Assembly (NCBI RefSeq): GCF_963506605.1
Contig: NC_083276.1
Span: 2,790,001 to 2,854,000, forward strand
Reading direction: 5' to 3'
DNA length: 64,000 nt
Source: Zootoca vivipara
Taxonomy: Eukaryota
Positions within the stretch are counted from its first letter, which is position 1. Every line of letters starts with the position of its first letter. The notes beneath the pieces were generated by a model that made no database searches, was not told the DNA's origin, and saw only the letters and a list, made by a program, of their open reading frames with translations. Below are positions 55,350 to 64,000 of the stretch, piece after piece. The position numbers were made by a program, and so were the translations under genes.

Positions 55350-56100
55350 GGAATTAGACGTCGCTTATCTCACGGGCCGGTTCGCGCAGAAGGCGGGGGT
55401 CCTGAAGGACGATGTGGCGTCCCTCTGATCCGCCTGCTGAGCTCTGCCCCCCCCCGAACGTCTGAGGACGGAGGGGCGAGAAGAGAGAAGCGAAGTTCGC
55501 GCAACAACTCTAGGGAAAGGAAACGGACCTAGGGGCAGGGGGCAGCTGCCGCGCAGAGATTGGAGGCGGGGATTCATCAGGCAGGCAGCGCTGAGGTCAG
55601 CCGCGCCGCGCCGTTGCGTAAGTATGGAAGCGACCGGAGAAGGAAGGCCCGCTTTGCCTGCGTGTTTGTTTAATTCCTTTCTCGGCGGCGCGATGCGCGC
55701 GCAGGAGGCGGGAAAGGCGCTCGGTCGCCCTGGCGGTTTTTTGGCGGCGCCTGAGGCGGCGGCGGCCGTGCGGAGATGCGGCTGCCGTGCGAGGTGTCGG
55801 TGGCGAGCCGCCTGCTCCCCTCGGCGGGGCTGCGAGGGCCGGGCCGCTCCGTCAGGGCTGTGCTCGCCCTCGGGAAGCCGGGAGGAGGAGGAGGAGGAGT
55901 CTGGCTCCTGGTCAGCACCGCCCGACACCGCCCGGGGGCCAAGTACCAGGTGAGGGAGGGAGGCAGGCCGGGCCCCGGTCCTTCTCTCTCTCTCTCTCCC
56001 CCCGCAGGGAGCGTCGAGACCTCGGGGCCTCCTCTTCGCTCGGGGGAAGCTTTCGCGCTCCACGGGAGAGTCGCCTGTCGGGCGAAAACCGTACCCCGTT
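55350..56100 (+). promoter_or_regulatory. LRR1 CpG-island promoter with E2F-type site
   Basis: CpG-dense; GGCGGGAAA at 55707-55715; inverted CCAAT (ATTGG) ~55559; GC boxes upstream of ATG 55776. Confidence 0.65.
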
Positions 56101-59100
56101 GTTTTTTTTTAAGTTTTAAATATTAGTACTACGTCGTAGCAACCTGTTGGGGGGGGGACCCCATTGCCTATCCATCGCCCTTTCTTCCCGTGCAAAGAAG
56201 GGAAACAAAATTAAAATAAAAAATAAAAAAATTCCTTCCAGTAGCACCTTAGAGACCAACTAAGTTTGTCATTGGTATGAGCTTTCGTGTGCATGCACAG
56301 TTCTTCAGATAGCATGCACACGAAAGCGCATATCAATGACAAACTTAGTTGGTCTATAAGGTGCTACTGGAAGGAATTTTTTAATTTTTTTAAATTTTGT
56401 TTTGACTACGGCAGACCAACATGGCTACCTACCTGTAACTAAAAGAAGGGAAAGCAAGTGAAGGAAATAAAAGAGAGCAAGGAATTGCCTTTCTCCCCTC
56501 CTAAGGCAAGCTGCCTTTCTGATCAGGCCTTTGGCTTTTCACTGTCTTATGGTCTTTTAAGTCTTTTAGAGGGGTTTTTTTTTGGGGGGGGAGTTTTTAA
56601 TGTATTTTCCTCCCTCCCCCTCTCTGGTTTTAACATACCTATGGCTTGTCTTTTTTGAAAGTCGCTTTGAGTTTCTGTTGGGGCCCCAGGGAAGAGACTA
56701 CTAAATTAAATAGTGTCCATTTTTATTTTTATTTATTAAAATTCTATGCTGCCCTTCATTGGAGGATCACAGGGCAGCTTACAATATAAAAACACAAAAA
56801 TACATAACATGGTAACAGACAAAAGCGGTAACACCCTCCTATGTGCCCGTGCACATACACACAGTCGAAAAGTCTGTAGATTGTTTAATTAGCTGAAGGC
56901 CTGGAGAAGAATGTTTTTGCCTGGTGCCCAAGGATATGTAGAAAGAGGCCAGGTGAGCGTCCCTGGGCAGAGCATTCCTCAAGCAAGGAGCCACTACAGG
57001 AATACAGTATCCTGTTCTGTTGCCACCTTCCAGACCTCTCATGGAGGAGGCACATGAAGAAGGTCCTTCAGATCATGATTGCAGGGTCTGGGCCCATTTC
57101 CATGGGGTGAGGCAATCCTTGAGCTTTTGCGCTCCTAATAATAGCTTGGAGGCTTTCAAAGAGAATTGGGCAAAGGCATAGAGCAGAGGGTATTAATGGA
57201 TATTAGCTACACTGGCTGTGCTCTGCCCTCCACAGATGGAGATAGCATGCTTCCGAATACCAGTTGCTGGGAACTGTAAGAGGGAAGACTATTGCTGAGC
57301 TTGGGTCCTGCTTGAGCATCTGATTGGCCGCTGTGAGAGGAGGATGCTGGGCTAGATGGGCCACTGGACTGATGATCCAGGAAGCTCTTCTTAGGTTTAC
57401 GAATTTTCGGTTTACGAACGCCGTGGACCCATCTGGAATAGATTAATTCACTTTCCATTACTTTCAATGGGAAAGTTCGCTTCAGTTTATGAACACTTCA
57501 GTTTATGAACAGACTTCCGGAACCAATTACACCCATGCTTCGGGTTAAGTACGCTTCAGGTTGGGTACTCCGCGGACCCGTCTGGAACGGATTTATCCAC
57601 TTTCCATTACTTTCAATGGGAAAGTTCGCTTCAGTTTATGAACGCTTCAGTTTATGAACAGACTTCCGGAACCAATTGTGTTCATAAACCGAGGTGCCAC
57701 TGTAATCCACTTTCCATTACTTTCAATGGGAAAGTTCGCTTCAGTTTATGAACAGACTTCCGGAACCAATTGTGTTCATAAACCGAGGTACCACTGTATG
57801 AGACTCTTGCCCAGAACTGCCAGCAGCCCCTCCTCTGCATGTAATGAGGACCAAGACGAGGGTGCCATTCATTTATTTTGGCTGTCAACAAGCATCCTCA
57901 GAAGAGCCTGGCTACCTCGCCACGGCCAAGCAGGTGCCTATGGGAAGCCTGCAAGCAGGACCTAGGGAATAATAGAGGCCAACTCCCATCGTGCCCTTCC
58001 TGTAAGCTTCTAAGGGTCACCTGGCTGGCACCTGAGGGAGAAAGCTGCAGTGAGGGCTGCTGGAGCATTGGAAAATGTACTCTTTAGTAGTTACTCGGAT
58101 TTATCTGTAGCTCTGATCAGAACATGCGGATCCTTTGAGAGGCAGAGAACAGAACTAAAGAGTGACATGGCAACAGCCACGTTAGCAAAGCTGGAGGGAC
58201 GTGCCCAAGAACAGGAAGCAAAAGTTTATCAGGCTTGAAGTACCCAGATACTCAAGGTGAAGTACCTCCTGGAGCCGAAGAACTAGATTAGGACACTGAA
58301 ATTGGATACTAATTCCACTAATGAATTGGCAATTACTTGGCTACTATGTAAAATGTTTTAAAAATTAAAGATAATATCCTGTTTTGGAAAGCAGAAGCCT
58401 TTCCAAAGCTGCTTTTTGTCAAACATTTCCTTTGTATATGATTATTCAGCGGCCTCCCTCTTCCTGCTCTGAACTTGTCCTTTCAATCCTTATTACCTTG
58501 GTCCTGGTTTAAAAAGTCATGAGGCAGATTAGGGAAATTGCAGTGATGAATAAGGAACAGGGGAGGGTTAAGGGGCCATTTGCTTATGCTCCTGGGGAGT
58601 GGGAAGCTGTACCAACAATATTTTAAGAAGAGCTTTGCTGAATCAGGCTCCGCTTTTGGACACTGGCCAATCACAGGGGGCTTCATAAAATGAACAGATT
58701 GTGAATCCCTTCCCACATTTTTAAAGCCAGAATATCTGGTTGGCAATTTGAACGTGAAGCTTGTTTTTTGGTTCTCAGCAGGGAATGCTTACTCACAGGC
58801 TCATGGCTCTATTGTGATCTTTTCCTTTTGAAAACAGCTGAGAGAGAACATAGAGCAGCTTTTTACTAAGTTCGTGGAGGAAGGAAAAGCCACCGTACGG
58901 CTGAAGGAGCCAGCCGTGGACATCTGTCTCAGCAAGGTATGGCGTCAGGCCAGGGGCAGCAGATGGTCTTCTAACTGCATGTTCTCACTTGCCAAATTTG
59001 GGTGGTGTCTTGGTAGCCCTCTTTGGACAACAGGAAAGGACATGCACCCTCCCCAACCTCTAACCTGTCTCTGTTGAAATGATTAAATTTGGGGTTAATT

Positions 59101-60791
59101 CACAGGAGTTTGGATGCAGCTCGTTAGCTTCTCCTTTGATCTTCCAAGGTTAAGAAATGTACCTGTTGGGAGCTTTGTGACATCTTGGCGATCTCACAGT
59201 GAAGAAATAATAATAAATGTATTATAATGTACAGTATGTGCTTCATTGATTTTTAAGCAGAGGTTGGAAGGTCATCTGTTATGGATGCTTGAGTTGTGAT
59301 TCCTGCATGGCAGGGGGTTGGAATAGAGGGCCCTTGAGGTCCCTTCCAACTCTACAATTATATTATTTTACTTCTTTATGTTATGTAGATGTATCATTTT
59401 ATTTATTTATTTAATGCCAGTTGCTGGGGATCAGGAGTGGGGAGAGTGCTGTTCCTCTTGGGCCCTACTTGCGGGCTTCCCACAGGCAACTGGTTGGCCA
59501 CTGTGAGAACAGGATGCTGGACTAGAAGGGCCATTTCATTTCTTAAGCTAGTGAACAGATTGGGAGTGATATCTTGCAACTTAAAATACCTTTTGATGCT
59601 AGCTGGCATGTTTTAGATTTGCGTCATTTTAGAAATGAGGTAAATAAGAGATTTTCTCATTGTTTTGAGAATGAGTTTAAATTTTAAGCTCTGTGCTTCA
59701 GAACAATGCAGGGTTCGGTTTGTAGGGCCAGATTATTCATGAAAGTTGTACAGTGTGGCAATGCTGAAGCTTTCTTCTGCTCTGTCAATAGTTAGTCCTG
59801 TTCTTACAGGCCCCGCTTAATATTAGAGCAGTACTGTATTAGCCCAGCCTCACTTGGTGCCCCTGTTGACAGAGTGATTTGTTAATTGTGGCAGATACAA
59901 TGCAAGACAAAAATGCATTGTGCTTTCTTCCCCATTCGCTTTCCAAAGGCTGCCACCTGATTCTTTCCCACGTGTTGATGCCATGGTTCAGAAAGTGCCA
60001 GCGCATTGACAAAAGCGTTGAATCTGCAAATGCTTATTTTCTTGGTGTCCTATTTGGCTGCAGGCAAATGTTGGCCAGCTGAAGACTTTCCTCTCTGCAA
60101 TGAAGCTGGCTGACCGAGGCACCAATGAGGAAAGCTTACAACTGTCCACCTTGGCCCCACCAAAAGCTTCTGAAGTTGAGAAGCCAAAGACAAAGATGAC
60201 CATAACATCCAGGAAGGATTACCCTTTAACCCAGAACTTCCCGTACACTCTGGAGCAACTCCAGGCCTCTTACTGCAAATTAGCCCGCATTGATATGCGC
60301 ATACTTTGCCTGAAGAGTCTTCGGAAACTGGACTTGAGCCACAACCGTATCAAGAAACTGCCAGCCACAATTGGGGATCTTGTGTCCCTCCAGGAGCTCA
60401 GTCTACAAGGCAACCTCCTGGAATCCTTTGGCGTGGCCCTCTGTAATTCCACCCTCCGAAGGTCGCTCCAGTCTCTGGATCTCAGCCAGAACAAAATCAA
60501 AGCGCTTCCAGCACAGTTCTGCCAGTTGCGGGAGCTCATTCACTTGAAGTTGGACGACAATGATCTGATCCGGCTGCCATTCAAGATTGGTCAACTGAGC
60601 CAGCTCCGCTTCTTGTCCGTGGCTCGGAACAAGCTCCCCTTTTTACCCAACAGCTTTGGAAAACTCTCCCTCGAGAGCCTGGATTTATTTGGCAATCCTT
60701 TTGAGCAGCCCAAACCCCTTGCTCCTGACATACAGCTAAAAATACCATTGACTTTGTGGGAATATTCAGCTAGAGCAACGATTAATTACAG
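55776..60791 (+). CDS. LRR1: Leucine-rich repeat protein 1 (CRL2 substrate receptor), exons 1-3; last exon not found in window
   Basis: Exons 55776-55949 (MRLPCEVSVASRLLP...KYQ), 58838-58936 (LRENIEQLFTKFVEEGKATVRLKEPAVDICLSK) and 60064-60791 (LRR array ...LCLKSLRKLDLSHNRIKKLPATIGDL...LDLFGNPFEQP). GT-AG junctions are in frame; position next to 7SL/RPS29 matches human. Confidence 0.95.
56206..56440. mobile_element. Penelope inverted pLTR pair in LRR1 intron 1
   Basis: Fold-back of pLTR around 56311; TSD AAAGAAGGGAAA (56194 / 56442); hammerhead on minus strand 56275-56311 with a stem II mismatch. Confidence 0.8.
57393..57796. mobile_element. Tigger-like MITE with internal tandem triplication
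   Basis: Three copies of TTCCATTACTTTCAATGGGAAAGTTCGCTTCAGTTTATGAAC; two right ends GAGGT(G/A)CCACTGTA. Confidence 0.75.
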
Positions 60792-63700
60792 GTAAAGGGG
60801 CTTTTTTTTGGGGGGGGGGGAGTGTCTGAATCCCAGAAACGGTGCATCCCTTTCCTTCCTATTGTTTCTTACAGTCAATAATCTCAATGCTTTAGGACTT
60901 TTCAGTTATAAAGTTATAAAGTGTTGAGATTATTGTTGAGTGTAAGAAACAATTGTACAGTAACGTGCAGGAAAAGTAGGTAAAGCTCATGGAAGAATTT
61001 CAGAAAGGCCTTAGGATTCTGTGCTGATGTGCATTTGTGGGGTTTCCTATACAAATACAGTATTTAGTGACTTGCAGAAGATCCCAGGTTCAGTCCCTGG
61101 CAGGTAGGGTTGGGAAAGAGGCGTAGCTGGCGTGGAAGCCTTGGAAGTCTCTGCAAGTCGGGGTAGACCCGAGCAGAAGTTCTCAAACTGTGGACTGTGG
61201 ACCACAGGTCCCCTGCACTACTCCACTCACGTAGCCCATAGAAAGCTTTGGGAGCTCTGTTCTGCAGCCCAGGACTTTCATAATACAGTGTTTGTTTTGA
61301 GAAGGATGCTGATGCTGAAGAGGAACCAAGTGCATTAAGTGGTCCTCTGAGACCTCCAGCAATCTTCCAGAGGTCTTCCAAAAGGGGGGGGGGGAATGGC
61401 AACTTATTGTGTTGACAGTATTGAGCTAGACAGACCAGACATCTGACTCACCTGTGCTGGTCAAGAACCGTAACAATAAATCAAATCAAATCAAATCTGA
61501 CTCACCATGGCAGCACCCTGTATTTACACATAAATCAGAATGAATCTGATACGGGTTTTCAGTAAGTAGTTGAGTTGGGTGTTTGGTCATTTCAGTAATG
61601 TAAAGCTATCGATAATCGGCAGAGGAATTGCCATGCTCATTAGGCACTTGTAAGTATTGGGAGAAATTTCTGCTCAATCCCAAAATCAGTTTAGGTCTTA
61701 ACCCTCTTGGCAATGGCTCGGGAACATTGCCGTAGATCCAGATCTTGTTTTTGTTTCTGCGTGAGAAGTTAAGCCACTGTATAGTATCACCCAGTGGGTT
61801 CTGGGACTGAATTGAGTTGGCCTGCCTCTCCAGCAACCAGTTCCCCTTCATTGCAGTGTAGTGGGATTGTGCAAGTCCACTGATGCTTGTTTGTGCAACA
61901 AGAACTTCCGGTATGTCACACCCTCAGTCACTGTCATCTGAGGCAGATGTTTACAGTTCTGTTGCATAATAGCTTCTTTCTGGAATTAACTTTGTGGCAT
62001 GAGCAAGGCTACTGGCGTTTGGAAGAGAATTTGGCTTCCCAAGGTGTCAAGGCCAGAATCCAAGCAAATGACACCATTGGATATGCATGCTTGAGGAGAC
62101 TGGCCTTGTGTCTTTCAAAAATAGCCATCGTCCATGACAACACACTTCTTTAGAAAATGAGACTTAACAAAACAATTTCCCCCCCATTTTTTTTAATGCC
62201 ACTGATCATGCCTACATAACATTAGTTTCAGAGATGGAGAACTGGTTGCTCTGTAGATATTGGACTGCTGCTCCCATCAGCCTTGCTAATCATCAAGAGT
62301 GATGGAATTTGTAGTCCTACAAAATCTGGAGGGCCATAGGTTCTCCAGCCGTGTTCTGGATACTGCTGTTCTTAATGGGTTTTTTTAAAAGTTAATATGC
62401 GAACAGTATCTTCGGTAAACAACCAAAGTGAGAAGAAAAAGAAGAGGAGGAGTTTGGATTTGATATCCCGCTTTATCACTACCCGAAGGAGTCTCAAAGC
62501 GGCTAACATTCTCCTTTTCCCCTCCTCCCCCACAACAGACACCCTGTGAGGTGGGTGGGGCTGAGAGACTTCAGAGCAGTGTGACTAGCCCAAGGTGGAC
62601 TAGTCCACAGCTGCATGTGGAGGAGCGGAGTCTACCGCTCTTAACCACTACACCACACTGACTTCCTTTGGGTCTGATTGGGGCAGGTGGGGGGTGTCTC
62701 TATTTAGAACTGCCTTCTTCCCCGCTCCTGCTGCCTCCTGTCCCTGGCCTTGCAGACATTTGCATTTTTACAGTACATTTCAGAGCACACACAACACACT
62801 ATCTCAGTTACAACCACCCCTTAAGATAGGCCTGAATGATTCTCACATTATCCTGTTGCCCAGGATATAGCAGTTTGGGAGGCCAAAGGCTGCGATAATA
62901 ACCGCCTTTGGGCATTATAATATCATCGCTTGGGATGGGAGCCAGGGAAGTGAGAGTTCTGGCTCCACCCCCTGGCTTTGTTCCATTTAACTGCCATCTC
63001 GGGGAGGGAAACTGAAGCACTGAGCATTCTGTCCTTGCTGAAGCTCCCTCTTTGAATCAGAATCCTAACTTGGTAACTGATACAGGAGGGTCTGTGGGTC
63101 ATGCAGTCGTATTCTATGAGTTGGGACAGCAGTATACCTCTGAAGGCCATTTCCTGGGGCACATGCCATTGCCTTCGTGGCCTGCTTGTGGGCTTCCCAT
63201 TGGGGGCATCTGGTTGGACACAGAACAGTGTTGGACCAGATGGGTCTTTGGCCTGATCCAGCAGCCAGGCTCTTCTGAAGCTTCTTGTTGGGTGGCAGTG
63301 GTAGAGCCGCCATGCATGTTTCTCATGCGCCCAAACATAGGATAGCTTAATGTCTTGATTATTATGCAAAAGGCCATGCATAATGGTTATGCATAAATAA
63401 AATAAATAAAAGGTTATGCAAAAGGCCAGTTCTGAGTTCACGAGGACTTTCTGGCTCTCAGCACTTGCTGCATCTCTTGGGGACATTTAAGTTAACTGCG
63501 CCATGGTAATTCACTAAGCATTCTCTGGTGCCCACATACCGCGTGATAACAAGACTGTGTTGCATAGACTTACAGTTTCCCTGGTTCACAGATGATGATG
63601 ATGATTATTATTATTATTATTATTTTACTAAATGTCAAGTCAACATGCTTGCTTTGGGCCTCTTTTTCAACACAGAAGTGTCAGTCCGTATTTCCCAAGC

Positions 63701-64000
63701 CAGTGCCCTCCAGTTGATCTCCCATCAGCCCCAGTGAGCATGGCTGTGCTGACCGGGGCTGAAGGACTTATTACTCCAGGCAGCTGGAGGCCACCAGGAT
63801 GGGGGAAGGAAGGCGAAATGGATTTTACATCTTTAATAAAGCTACATTTTTATTTTTAACCAGCTAAGGAGATTCCAGGTTGAGCAGTATGGAGGTCTTG
63901 GGTGGTCACTTTGGCTCAGAAGTGTGTTTGGGGTGCATAAATTCAGTATGTTAATTTAAAATGCTTGCAACCCTCTTTCCAAGACAGGCTTCCAGGCTCT

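Noticed and set aside
55365-56063. 232-aa antisense ORF over LRR1 exon 1
   Set aside because: CpG-island composition; no recognisable domain.
57440-57797. Repeated ~40-bp motif with spacers, superficially CRISPR-like
   Set aside because: Eukaryotic DNA; the spacers are themselves related and end in Tigger-type TIRs, so this is a MITE internal duplication.
60792-64000. LRR1 final exon
   Set aside because: No IPYG...CxCG-like coding segment found; presumably beyond the window.

Overview
Vertebrate (squamate, probably lacertid lizard) genomic DNA, judged from Sauria SINE, BovB, CR1, L2 and Penelope repeats. The right end carries the conserved RPS29 <- / 7SL -> / LRR1 -> arrangement known from human 14q21. 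A second complete RPS29 + 7SL module lies ~30 kb away in inverted orientation. Both RPS29 copies are intron-containing with identical CDS, and the visible 3' halves of the two 7SL genes are identical. Between the two arms are a SCAN-C2H2 zinc-finger gene whose SCAN exon keeps an extended Gypsy Gag-capsid-like segment, a separate 13-finger terminal exon with no obvious upstream coding exon, and a 7.2 kb non-coding ERV1-like provirus with identical 710-bp LTRs. The rest is dense, often nested, transposon debris, including six Penelope-borne minimal hammerhead ribozyme motifs. Most ORFs in the supplied track are spurious or TE-derived. All calls are by eye and from recalled homologues; no searches were run.
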